Assembly: GCA_049515895.1 (NCBI GenBank)
Contig: JBEKTQ010000039.1
Coordinates: forward strand, 1-11,195
Length of the DNA: 11,195 nt
Direction of reading: 5' to 3'
Source of the DNA: Candidatus Bathyarchaeia archaeon
GTDB lineage: Archaea > Thermoproteota > Bathyarchaeia > Bathyarchaeales > Bathycorpusculaceae
Of the stretch, positions 1 to 8,287 are shown piece after piece (the stretch's first letter is position 1; the number at the start of each line of letters is the position of its first letter). The notes under the pieces were generated by a model. That model had not been told where the DNA came from and ran no database searches. It saw nothing but the letters and a program-made list of their open reading frames with translations. Both the position numbers and the translations under genes were made by a program.

Positions 1-533
1 TTTTTTCCGAGTTCAATGTAAAATTGAAAGCTTTTTTCGAAGGGAACGGTGTTGATTAGGTTTAGCGGTAGGAATGGAGTATTCAACTTCTTCCCCAGCT
101 CTATCGCCCATTCCCTCACTCTGCCCATATTTAGATCGTCCATGATGGTTCTATTTTGGCTAATCATGCAGCCTCCAAAGCCAGCAACGTCAAAAGGCTT
201 GAGAGATTTGTTTTTGGCCAGTAATTTTTTTTGGTTGGCTTCAGTATTTCCCGCTTTCGCGTCTTCCTTATTCTCGCAACAGAAATAGAGCGCGACATTT
301 TTGCCTTCAAAGTCCTTCTCCAAAAAATCCACAGCTTCATTGTAAACGCTGTTTCCACTACCACCACCAACAATAATGTTTTGGAATGGTGTAATGTCCG
401 GTGGCCCCTTTCTAAGATCTGCGAGAGTGGCATCCATGTTGTAGGTTGTTTTAAGCGCTTCAGCTATGGCATGTGCTACATCCTCATTTAATCCACTTAT
501 TGTCGAAAAAACTATTAGGGTTTTTCCTGTCAT
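1..533 (-). CDS. Flavodoxin-fold (Flavodoxin_5/HemG-like) protein with a C-terminal extension resembling the start of a DUF5752-like domain; runs off the window
   Basis: Hand translation from ATG 533, open for 177 codons to the window edge, so absent from the ORF track. It reads MTGKTLIVFSTISGLNEDVAHAIAEAL...DITPFQNIIVGGG...KNVALYFCC...VAGFGG...VREWAIELGKKL (flavodoxin beta/alpha pattern), then NTVPFEKSFQFYIELGK. TATA-like TTAAAATA on the minus strand at ~575-582. Confidence 0.8.
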   Translation of the reverse strand, partial: MTGKTLIVFSTISGLNEDVAHAIAEALKTTYNMDATLADLRKGPPDITPFQNIIVGGGSGNSVYNEAVDFLEKDFEGKNVALYFCCENKEDAKAGNTEANQKKLLAKNKSLKPFDVAGFGGCMISQNRTIMDDLNMGRVREWAIELGKKLNTPFLPLNLINTVPFEKSFQFYIELGK

Positions 534-769
534 TGTTATTCACTTTCTCTATTTCGTGTTTAACTCGCGCGCCTTATTTTAAGACGTGTGACTGGGAATA
601 AACAGCTACACTTGCACTGGTGCGCGCGATAAGTAGTATAACAACAGATCCGCCAGTTTAGTAAAATATCCTGAGTCTCTTTCTATACGCTATTTGTTGT
701 CTGAGCAATGTAGACCATATCCATATGCTTAAGTACCAAGTATAGAGAATAGTATCCTATGGCTTTGAA

Positions 770-1252
770 ATGTCAAAAATAGAGAAGAGAAAAGAAAAAA
801 AGACTGAGCCTGGCTCTTCAATTAATAAAGGTACAGATAACACTATAGATAAAGATGAGCTAAGTAAACTTAAGGAAGAGTTATTTGCTGATATCATACC
901 TGTGGAATCAATAAAGACTACAAGGAAAGGAAAAGTACCTAAATACTCTAATCTAGCTGCGGCTATAAAGTTAGTAGGTAAGATGTCAAGGAATGCCTAT
1001 AGATTAAACCTTGAAAAAGTGTTCCAATTAGAGAACTATAGTAATCTAAATCTGACGGAGAAGAAAGCACTTGTAAGAAAGGTCTATCCAATACTTGATC
1101 GATATTTAAAGGAATTTGCACGTACACATGGCTATGATCTATGTAAGAAAGAAGTGAAGAAGACCAAAGAAGGAAAGGAGATCTTCATTAAGGGAGTTAA
1201 GATGCTACACTTCCAGAGTATGCTAAATTTAAAAAAGAAACTATTAGCATGA
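770..1252 (+). CDS. Lys-rich hypothetical protein (orphan-like)
   Basis: 160-aa ORF in a very AT-rich stretch, with a TATA-like CTTAAGTA about 40 bp upstream. No recognisable motif. Confidence 0.7.
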   Translation: MSKIEKRKEKKTEPGSSINKGTDNTIDKDELSKLKEELFADIIPVESIKTTRKGKVPKYSNLAAAIKLVGKMSRNAYRLNLEKVFQLENYSNLNLTEKKALVRKVYPILDRYLKEFARTHGYDLCKKEVKKTKEGKEIFIKGVKMLHFQSMLNLKKKLLA

Positions 1253-1348
1253 GACTAGTAGAATCTGATATCTACCTAATCAAGCAGAGTGATATACCAA
1301 TTGAATAGATATATTAGATAGCTATCTTTTATATTACATGAACAGAGC

Positions 1349-2134
1349 ATGTCAAATGATGAAAACACGGATCTTTTGCTTGGTCTGGGTTTAAGTCTTA
1401 ATCAGGCAAGGGTGTACTTAGCAATACTTAAGCTGGAAAAAACTACGGTAGGACAAGTAGCAAAGTTTTCGAAAGTGCGCAGAGAAGATGTTTATAGACT
1501 TTTGCCGTCACTTGAAAAAATGGGCTTAATTGAAAGATTAATAGGTAAACCAACTGAGGTTCGAGCTACTCCGATTTCCGATGCCTTGAGCCTTCTAGTG
1601 ACGGAAGAAAAAAACAAATCTGATGAACGGTTAACGAGTATGAAGAGCAATGTCCAGAGGCTGTCCCTTAAAGATTGGAAGCAGCAGTTTCCTGGAGAAG
1701 AAAGTATCTACATACTGATAGCGGAGAAGAAAGCAATTTTGGCAAAGACTTCAGAACTGGTTGGAAACTCGGGAAAAGAAGTCGCGCTGATTGCAGACAA
1801 AACAAGAATCATACCGATTTTGGCTCAGTTTTCAGATGAGTACAAGCAAGCAATAAAGAAAGGGGCTCAGATCCGACTGATTTTTGAAGGAGAATGCCCG
1901 GATGTGTTGCTCAAAGAAAAAGTGAAAAAACTTGTCGGTGGCACTTCGGTTCATGTCAAGTTTCATCGTGAACCCTTGAATCACTTCATTATGTCTGATG
2001 ATAAAGAAGCATTGATTACCACCTCCAAAGAAACTGGATTAGGCGAAAGCCCTTCTCTTTGGACAAACAACAGCAACCTTATTGGTGTACTAAGAACAGG
2101 GTTTGAATCCGACTGGAAAAAAGCTGAATACTAA
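1349..2134 (+). CDS. TrmB-family transcriptional regulator (N-terminal winged HTH, C-terminal effector/PLD-like domain)
   Basis: LGLSLNQARVYLAIL...TVGQVAKFSKVRREDVYRLLPSLEKMGLIERLIGKP is the TrmB wHTH signature. C-terminal AIKKGAQIRLI...FIMSDDKEALI...SLWTNN...FESDW is typical of archaeal TrmB-like proteins. Confidence 0.92.
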   Translation: MSNDENTDLLLGLGLSLNQARVYLAILKLEKTTVGQVAKFSKVRREDVYRLLPSLEKMGLIERLIGKPTEVRATPISDALSLLVTEEKNKSDERLTSMKSNVQRLSLKDWKQQFPGEESIYILIAEKKAILAKTSELVGNSGKEVALIADKTRIIPILAQFSDEYKQAIKKGAQIRLIFEGECPDVLLKEKVKKLVGGTSVHVKFHREPLNHFIMSDDKEALITTSKETGLGESPSLWTNNSNLIGVLRTGFESDWKKAEY

Positions 2135-2281
2135 CCTCAGAACCTCATTTTTCGTATGGTTTCAGGTTCCAAATTCTTTGTAGCGGTTGTCGGTGGGAGC
2201 TCACATTCACAAGGGCTTAACTCCGTCAATGACCGTTCATAAGGTAGTCCAAATTGCAGGCGTAAAGGAGGGTTAGAAAAG

Positions 2282-2572
2282 ATGAATAGTAAAGATTTTT
2301 TAGATAAAGATGTATTTGCTGAAGACCAGAAAATTGGCCAGGTCAAAGAATTAGGAATAGATCCAGAAGATTGGAAAGTAACTCATCTTGAAATCGAATT
2401 GGAAAAGAACATAGCGGAATCAGTGCTAGGCGCAAAGAAAGGCGGAGTGCGAAACATGCTGGCCGTTTCATCCCTAGAGAAAGGGGTTGCACGCTGGACA
2501 GACAAGGGGCTGCAACTGAAAGTTTCAAAAGATCAACTTCACATGTACCTAAGACCAGTAGTTAAGACTTAG
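2282..2572 (+). CDS. PRC-barrel domain protein
   Basis: SKDFLDKDVFAEDQKIGQVKELGIDPEDWKVTHLEI matches the PRC-barrel consensus. GGAGG RBS upstream. Confidence 0.88.
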   Translation: MNSKDFLDKDVFAEDQKIGQVKELGIDPEDWKVTHLEIELEKNIAESVLGAKKGGVRNMLAVSSLEKGVARWTDKGLQLKVSKDQLHMYLRPVVKT

Positions 2573-2713
2573 TTGAAGATTTGCTATGAATTCATGGTTG
2601 ACCGGCAAAAAGCTGTGAAAATAGACCATGCTTCCTTTTATTGTTTTAGTCCAAATTAGAGAATAATCTATTGGTTAAAAAGTTGTAACTTAAGAGTTTG
2701 AGAGAAAGAACCT

Positions 2714-3412
2714 TTGGGACAAGAGTCAGATATAAAGTACTCCGCGGACGTTATAATTGCAGCGTTGAACGAGGAGGAAGGTATAGGTCCTACGTTGTCG
2801 GAGATTTCGCAAAACATAAGTCCTAACCAGGTTTTAGTGGTTGATGGTCACAGTCAAGATCGGACAGTTGAAATTGCCAAAGATTTGGGTGCACATGTTC
2901 TATTCCAGGATGGGTTAGGAAAAGGTGATGCCATATCAAAAGCTGTTAGGTACATAGATTCCGATGTGGATTATGTTGTTGTCACCGATGCGGACTTCAC
3001 TTATCCAGCGGAGCATATCCCAGAAATGATACAAATACTTCAGAATCACCCTAACGTCGACATGGTTTGCGGAAACAGGTTTAATGGCTACGCCGAAGAG
3101 AGCGAGTTGCACAATTTGTTCTATTTTGGAAATAAGCTTTTGGCTTTATCTCATAGTTTACTTAACGGGGTAAACCTGCAAGATCCGTTGACTGGGTTGC
3201 GGGCAATTCGCGCTGAAATCCTAAAAGAATGGCATGTGAAGTCAAAGGGTTTTGATGTAGAAGTGGAACTGAACAATGAAGTAGAGCGGAGAGACTTTGG
3301 GATTGTTGAGGTTCCTATTATCTACAGGAAGAGGCTTGGGGAGAAGAAATTGAAGGTTAGCGACGGCGTAACCATTTTTAAAAGAATTCTGCTAGATACT
3401 TACTGGCCTTGA
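2714..3412 (+). CDS. Glycosyltransferase family 2, DPM1-like (polyprenol-phosphate glycosyltransferase-like)
   Basis: Motifs IIAALNEEEGI, VVDGHSQDRT, GLGKGDA, DADFTY (DxD), VCGNRF, LQDPLTGLRAIR, GFDVEVE, EVPIIYRKRLGEKKL. TTG start. Confidence 0.93.
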   Translation: MGQESDIKYSADVIIAALNEEEGIGPTLSEISQNISPNQVLVVDGHSQDRTVEIAKDLGAHVLFQDGLGKGDAISKAVRYIDSDVDYVVVTDADFTYPAEHIPEMIQILQNHPNVDMVCGNRFNGYAEESELHNLFYFGNKLLALSHSLLNGVNLQDPLTGLRAIRAEILKEWHVKSKGFDVEVELNNEVERRDFGIVEVPIIYRKRLGEKKLKVSDGVTIFKRILLDTYWP

Positions 3413-3472
3413 CTAGATCAGCATCAGCGTACGCGATTATGAACATGTATTCATTGGAGGTGAACTGAAAAA

Positions 3473-3790
3473 GTGAAGTATAGATTTTCTTATTGGGGAT
3501 ATATCCTAGCGTTAATAGGCGGAATAATCATCATTGTGTTCGGCTTTTTAGGCCTTATAGGAAATTCTTTTGGAAGTGCATTCTCGCCGGCTGGTTACTA
3601 CGTAAGCGGAGCAATGTACAGTGTAGTGGCAATAATAATAGGTATAATCTGCGTAATTGGATCAAAGTCCGTTGGAACCTTAATATGGGCGATAGTTCTC
3701 TTAGTGCTCGGAATCATTTCAGGCGGAATCGGAGGAGTCATAGTTATTCTCGGAGCCCTTCTTGGATTAGTATCAATATTCGTCAAGTGA
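3473..3790 (+). CDS. Small Gly-rich multi-pass membrane protein
   Basis: Three to four hydrophobic segments with GxxxG motifs. GGAGGTGA RBS at 3456-3463 before a GTG start. Confidence 0.85.
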   Translation: MKYRFSYWGYILALIGGIIIIVFGFLGLIGNSFGSAFSPAGYYVSGAMYSVVAIIIGIICVIGSKSVGTLIWAIVLLVLGIISGGIGGVIVILGALLGLVSIFVK

Positions 3791-4171
3791 TAGCCTGGAT
3801 AGACGAGAACAGATTCAAGTTAGAAAAAAGAGCAAACGTATTTCTTTTTGGTGGGGATGGCGATGTTGAAATCAGCATTGCAGCGTTAAGTTTTGGGGAT
3901 GATGGGTCCTTCATCAAAATTGGTTCGCTAGAAGCAGTTTATAGAGAACTGTCATATGGAAATTAATTAGCCATTGAGAGAGCAAGGCAGAAATCCAAGT
4001 TTGGCAAAATCGTAGAAACATTAAGCCAATGAGAAAAATACTAGCGTTTTCGCATCGAATAACCATTAATGCCCCGAAGCAAATGTCAACGTTTTCAATA
4101 AAGTCACATCCAAACCACAAACCAAGGCGTTATAGCATGGCGCGAGTGCCCCACGCGTTTAACATGCTATA

Positions 4172-5104
4172 TCAGACTGCATATGGATCATGGCCATTTC
4201 TCATTCTCGCAACTGATTTCGAAGAGTAGATTTTAAGCACGATGAAGGCAGTCAAAAACAGTATCAATATTCCCGCCGCCAAGTAGGGAAGATTGCTTAG
4301 GACTGTATTGTATGAAATCGGGTTGAGATAGGCTCCAAGCCCAACTCCAAACGTGATCAAGGATAACGAGACAAAGTATGATAGTTTATACATCATCGGC
4401 GGTGGCCGAGAAGCTCTTTTCGCCTCAATGTGCCTCTTTATTTCGCCTACGCCCAAAACTAGAGAAACGCCCATAACACTGATAATCAAAGGACCAATAA
4501 AGCTGAAGCTAGATTGGAGATGGTAGAAAACGATGAAAGTCCTAATCTTAAACACAGACAGGAGACCCAAAAACAGGATGAGTGTAGTCGAACCGACAAA
4601 AATTCCCATATCCAAGATACCGCCAGAATAGAAGGGACCGTAAATCCTTCGCCAAGGCCTGAGAGTATAATCTTTCATATCCTCAGCGGTTTTTCTAGTA
4701 AGCTCGACTGGGTCGTTTTGATACATGTACACCTTAGTTTTGATATCGAACTCAATTTTTCTACCTGCATGATCATACCTAGCTTTCTTCACAAGCCTTG
4801 AGAAAGGATAAAGCCATTCCACCCCGCGATCTTTTGCTGTGTTGAGGCCGTCAAGAAGAGTATGACAGAAAGCACCAATTGCAAGGAAAGGAGAAATCAG
4901 AAAAACAATCCCAATAAAAACAAAGTTGTGGCATAGCGCCCGATGGAGTTGATGGTCACGGAAGTAATCTTTGCTGAAAAAGCCATACTCCCTATCCATA
5001 TCAGGGAGAACTGACCCGATGGCAACAAGCAAAATGATATCCAGCCTCCCAAAGAAGAGAGCTCCGATTAGTGCACCAAACATTATGTGTGTAGGAAGAT
5101 TCAT
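4172..5104 (-). CDS. YdjM/LexA-binding-type membrane-bound metal-dependent hydrolase with extra C-terminal TM helices
   Basis: Conserved motifs THIMFG, GSVLPDMD, HRALCHN, HTLLDG, GVEWLYPFS. About four further hydrophobic helices in the C-terminal half. Confidence 0.85.
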   Translation of the reverse strand: MNLPTHIMFGALIGALFFGRLDIILLVAIGSVLPDMDREYGFFSKDYFRDHQLHRALCHNFVFIGIVFLISPFLAIGAFCHTLLDGLNTAKDRGVEWLYPFSRLVKKARYDHAGRKIEFDIKTKVYMYQNDPVELTRKTAEDMKDYTLRPWRRIYGPFYSGGILDMGIFVGSTTLILFLGLLSVFKIRTFIVFYHLQSSFSFIGPLIISVMGVSLVLGVGEIKRHIEAKRASRPPPMMYKLSYFVSLSLITFGVGLGAYLNPISYNTVLSNLPYLAAGILILFLTAFIVLKIYSSKSVARMRNGHDPYAV

Positions 5105-5122
5105 GTGAGTTTTCCTACCCGT

Positions 5123-5575
5123 TTAGAGAGATGGCGGATTTTTCTTAAGAGATTCACGCATTTCTCGTATAGTTTCTTTGTTATTTTTGGTTTTTAAATT
5201 TTCCTTCTCGTTTTGTTCGTTCACTTCTTTGTTGTGCTGGTCAACTCGATTATTAACCGTTTTTACCAACTGCATAACTAACTCAATGTCTTCTTGGAGT
5301 TTTTTTGGATTAGTAATAATAGAAATTGTGTCCCCTTGTAAACTGTTTGCATAGTTAGGTTCAACTATAGGGAAAGAATCATTTGGTTTTTTTATTATAG
5401 CTAATGGTTGAGCGGTTCTTTTCAATTCCTTTTCAAAGAGCTCTTGCCAATCCTCTTGCGGGATTCTATCTAAAGGCAATTCAACAAAAAAGGTATCTTC
5501 TTCTGTGGAAAGTTTTCTTATGTTCAACGTTTCAGGGTCGATTGCTTTCAGATTCGTTTTCTCAATCATGCTCAC
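5123..5575 (-). CDS. Hypothetical protein with C-terminal coiled coil
   Basis: 150-aa ORF (GTG 5575 or ATG 5569) ending 18 bp upstream of the hydrolase on the same strand. BRE/TATA-like AAAAACTTAAAG on the minus strand at ~5613-5624. Confidence 0.8.
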   Translation of the reverse strand: MSMIEKTNLKAIDPETLNIRKLSTEEDTFFVELPLDRIPQEDWQELFEKELKRTAQPLAIIKKPNDSFPIVEPNYANSLQGDTISIITNPKKLQEDIELVMQLVKTVNNRVDQHNKEVNEQNEKENLKTKNNKETIREMRESLKKNPPSL

Positions 5576-5711
5576 TATGGCTAGCCCTCAAACATATGAG
5601 CTTGAATTCGCCTTTAAGTTTTTGTATAAACCCAACATACGCAAAACAAAAACTTGAGACAATAAACATAGGGTTTATTCGGTTCATCTTTTTCTGTCTC
5701 CAAATTTTTAT

Positions 5712-5849
5712 TTACCTACTGATATTAACATTCAAATACGAACCGCAATTTTTGCACCTGACAATACCTTTTCGTTCTTCATTCAATAAGCCTTTAAATG
5801 GGTCTACCCAATCAAATTCACTTTTGCAATATGGACATTCGATTTTCAT
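5712..5849 (-). CDS. Small C4 zinc-ribbon protein (45 aa), not in the ORF track
   Basis: Hand translation MKIECPYCKSEFDWVDPFKGLLNEERKGIVRCKNCGSYLNVNISR* has two CxxC pairs. GAGG upstream; alternative in-frame ATG at 5864. Confidence 0.8.
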   Translation of the reverse strand: MKIECPYCKSEFDWVDPFKGLLNEERKGIVRCKNCGSYLNVNISR

Positions 5850-5936
5850 TCCATCAATCCTCATCTGTTGGGTCTGCTGGGAGCATGATCAAGCCGCTAT
5901 TAGTCATGTAGATGTCTAACTCTGATTCGTCTGGGT

Positions 5937-6107
5937 CTATTTGATCTTCTCCTTTGCTGTTTCGTTGCTGTTTTGGGTCGGTTTCTGTTTGCCGTTGAAT
6001 ATTCGGTTAACGAATTCTAAGTATCTCCATGCTAAACTCTTTTTCTGTTTTGGTTTCGTTTTCTGGATTTGTGGTTTAAACTTTATTGGCTTTTGCGGTT
6101 TAAACAT
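5937..6107 (-). CDS. Small basic hypothetical protein (possibly frameshifted)
   Basis: MFKPQKPIKFKPQIQKTKPKQKKSLAWRYLEFVNRIFNGK..., co-oriented with the downstream Zn-ribbon gene. No family recognised. Confidence 0.4.
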   Translation of the reverse strand: MFKPQKPIKFKPQIQKTKPKQKKSLAWRYLEFVNRIFNGKQKPTQNSNETAKEKIK

Positions 6108-6277
6108 CGGAAAAGAATTTGTGTCGTTTAACACTGTAAAATAGAGACCCTATTAATCTGAATTTTCAACCAACTTCGATCATTAACGCACGCTGACTCA
6201 TCAGCAAGCCATTAAGCGCGGGATGAGGTAAAGATAAAAGTGGCAGATGTTTTGGAGTTACTAGCGGGATGAGTTAG

Positions 6278-6523
6278 GTGATAAACGTTCAAGCAAGCAA
6301 ATGGGAACCCGAGGCTAGAACGGAACCGGCGCCTAGAACGGAACCGGCCGCCAGAACCGAAACAGCGCCCAGGACAGAAACAGCTGCGAGAACGGAACCA
6401 GCGAACAATAAGATACAGTCAATCAAGTGTCCTTCTTGCGGTTATCTTTTGGTATATTCCAAAGGAACTGAGAAGCAAAGCATCAGATGCACAAAATGCG
6501 GAAACGTCTTCCAAGTAGAGTAG
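6278..6523 (+). CDS. Zinc-ribbon protein with N-terminal hexapeptide repeats
   Basis: CPSC...CTKCG C4 ribbon preceded by five (A/E)(A/P)RTE(P/T) repeats. T-tract downstream at ~6552-6560. Confidence 0.75.
   Translation: MINVQASKWEPEARTEPAPRTEPAARTETAPRTETAARTEPANNKIQSIKCPSCGYLLVYSKGTEKQSIRCTKCGNVFQVE
6311..6400 (+). repeat. In-frame 18-bp tandem repeat x5
   Basis: gaggctagaacggaaccg / gcgcctagaacggaaccg / gccgccagaaccgaaaca / gcgcccaggacagaaaca / gctgcgagaacggaacca. Confidence 0.9.
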
Positions 6524-6702
6524 GATCCATTCAGTTTTGAGTTTGGGCTCGTTTTTTTTTCACGAAATCCTCTGTGGGGTGTTTCATAACACACGCATTA
6601 ATTGTAGCACAAAAAAAGATGGTTATTTTGGTTTTCTGAACATGACTTTGCAGTAACGCGGCGTAAACTAATGAATGCATCAAAGGTGCGCTTTGCAACA
6701 AA

Positions 6703-7020
6703 TCAAGATTTTTCAACAATGACTTTAATTATGTCTTCTGCAGGTCTCACTTGTCGAATTTCGATGCTATTCCAGAAAGCAAAGCCTATGTCCTTAAAGT
6801 ACTCTTCAACAGCCTCTTGAGAAGGGGCTTCAACAACGTAGAAAACAAGATGATCCATAACTGAAGTCCAAGCACTCAACACATGTATATCATGCTTTTT
6901 TGCTCGGTCCCAGACTTCTTCTCTCTTACCAAGCATTTCCTTTAACCTCTTCTTCACCTCAGTATTAAACAAAGGGCAAGACTCGGCAGTATGCTTCATA
7001 TTAACTGCGAAAGTAGGCAT
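6703..7020 (-). CDS. Small dimeric alpha/beta-barrel-type (DUF3303/GYD-like) protein
   Basis: ATG 7020 follows a GGAGGTGG RBS. HTAESCP motif, and VLSAW...DHLVFYVVEAPSQEAVEEY...IEIRQV fits a ferredoxin-like fold. Family name is from recall. Confidence 0.75.
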   Translation of the reverse strand: MPTFAVNMKHTAESCPLFNTEVKKRLKEMLGKREEVWDRAKKHDIHVLSAWTSVMDHLVFYVVEAPSQEAVEEYFKDIGFAFWNSIEIRQVRPAEDIIKVIVEKS

Positions 7021-7190
7021 ATTTCCACCTCCAATAATCAATATTGTTAACTCTTTTCTTAAAACTTACCATAACTGAAATTGGAAAACAAAAACACGCG
7101 CTTGCCAAGCAACATTTAAAAGTTACTGGCGAAGACATCATGAAAACGATATAAAGCAATCTTATCCATAACTCAAATAAGTGATTAATC

Positions 7191-7427
7191 ATGCCGAAAC
7201 GTCCTAATTGTACAGCCCACATGAAGGAACCTGATAAGGAACGGAATTTTGGGCGATTCCGAGTTAAGATGTACAAGTGTACTAAATGTGGAAATCAATT
7301 TAGAGAATTTTTTAAGGAAAATACGTTGAAATTTGTGTTGAGTGCACACAACGGTGGTTTAGGAAAAACTAGGGCGACCAAAGAAACAATGGACCGGCCT
7401 AAAACCTATCAGGAAGATAAGAGGTAG
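7191..7427 (+). CDS. Small Zn-ribbon/Cren7-like protein with a degenerate first Cys pair
   Basis: MPKRPNC...EPDKERNFGRFRVKMYKCTKCGNQFREF resembles archaeal KCPxC..PxKxW..G.F.V..Y.CxxCG..FR proteins. TATA-like GATATAAA at ~7149-7156; T-tract at 7449-7454. Confidence 0.65.
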   Translation: MPKRPNCTAHMKEPDKERNFGRFRVKMYKCTKCGNQFREFFKENTLKFVLSAHNGGLGKTRATKETMDRPKTYQEDKR

Positions 7428-7480
7428 CTTGAACTCTAGTACAAACAATTTTTTCTGCGAAGTACGGTAAAGCTCAATCT

Positions 7481-7559
7481 GCTGTAAACTCGCACAAATT
7501 GAGCAAATCCAGAAGCATCAGATACTTTGCAAATTTATTTCGGAACAACTACGCGCGCT
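7481..7559. repeat. Non-coding duplicated element, copy A
   Basis: 7511-7559 aligns without gaps to 8479-8527 at 39/49 identity, ending in GCGCGCT. Weaker similarity continues about 30 nt to the left. Confidence 0.85.
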
Positions 7560-7594
7560 AATTGCTTAATCCGCCTTCGTTGTTAAACAAAAAA

Positions 7595-7630
7595 GAGAGT
7601 TGGAGACTTTAGTTGGCTTGGTGATTGCTA
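7595..7630. repeat. Conserved 3' flank of Ig-like paralog 1 (terminator region)
   Basis: 31/36 identical to 9228-9263. Contains the AGTTGG direct repeat; adjacent A-run is a U-tract on the minus strand. Confidence 0.85.
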
Positions 7631-8287
7631 TGTTTTCGCCGCATGGATATGCTCTGTCTTGTAACCTATTCTCATATATCCATCGTACAAATACGCGTAT
7701 ATCGTGTAGAACCCCGTTTCCTTGGGCGTGAACTCAACGGTGTAACGGGCCTCATCTCCAATTGGAAGATCCTTTATATCTGTAGTAGCCTGCAGTTCAT
7801 TCTTTCCTGAGGGGGTTTCTACCCAGAATTCCAGTTTCAATCCACCATTTTTTCTCAAGCCCTTGACGGTTGCCTCGGCACTGATGGTCTTTCCAATTGT
7901 CGTATACGGGTGCGAAAGCACTAGTAGGCTACCGATTTCTGCTTTTTCGTCGCTTAAATGGAGACTCGACCAACTGGATTCCCACCAGAAGTATTTTCCA
8001 TCCTTACGTCCTTTGAGGGTAGCGTATACATTAGCTGATCCTATTGCATTAACCCGGAAAACCAATCTGACCTCCTTATTCGGTCCCAACTCCGTGATGA
8101 GTTGTCCAGCCCCAGACCCCCATGATCCAAAAACTGATAGGTTGTATGTGTCCACAGAGTGCAATTGTGCGTCAAGGTCTCTAAGAGTTTCACTTCCTAT
8201 GTTTTTCAGTTTCAATGTTACCCAGTTAGTTCCTTTCTCAATCTCCGTAGGATCCAATTCATACTCGATAGGATACTTATGTTTCAA
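7628..8287 (-). CDS. Tandem Ig-like beta-sandwich (CARDB/COG1470-like) domain protein, paralog 1
   Basis: TLKLKNIGSETL...ELGPNKEVRLVFRV and LPIGDEARYTVEFTPKETGFYTIYAYL are typical Ig-like strands. GGAGGTGA RBS at 8296-8303 favours a TTG start at 8287 (ORF track start is 8323). No signal peptide. Confidence 0.85.
   Translation of the reverse strand: MKHKYPIEYELDPTEIEKGTNWVTLKLKNIGSETLRDLDAQLHSVDTYNLSVFGSWGSGAGQLITELGPNKEVRLVFRVNAIGSANVYATLKGRKDGKYFWWESSWSSLHLSDEKAEIGSLLVLSHPYTTIGKTISAEATVKGLRKNGGLKLEFWVETPSGKNELQATTDIKDLPIGDEARYTVEFTPKETGFYTIYAYLYDGYMRIGYKTEHIHAAKT

Noticed and set aside
49-491. Track ORFs 49-288(+), 164-433(-) and 231-491(+)
   Set aside because: They are shadows of the real minus-strand flavodoxin frame starting at 533.
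619-646. GGTGCGCGCGATAAGTAGTATAAC resembling a dif/Xer site
   Set aside because: Only the left arm loosely resembles GGTGCGCATAA. There is no TTAT-type right arm at 6-bp spacing.
2180-2240. Possible structured RNA between the TrmB and PRC-barrel genes
   Set aside because: Pairings are short and rely on many G-U pairs; no recognisable family.
3787-4170. Short ORFs and a Cys-containing minus-strand fragment between the membrane protein and the hydrolase
   Set aside because: The fragment is interrupted by stops and needs a frameshift. It could be a decayed gene, but nothing is supportable.
6311-6400. CRISPR-like array
   Set aside because: Units are 18 bp, directly adjacent with no spacers, and in frame within a CDS.
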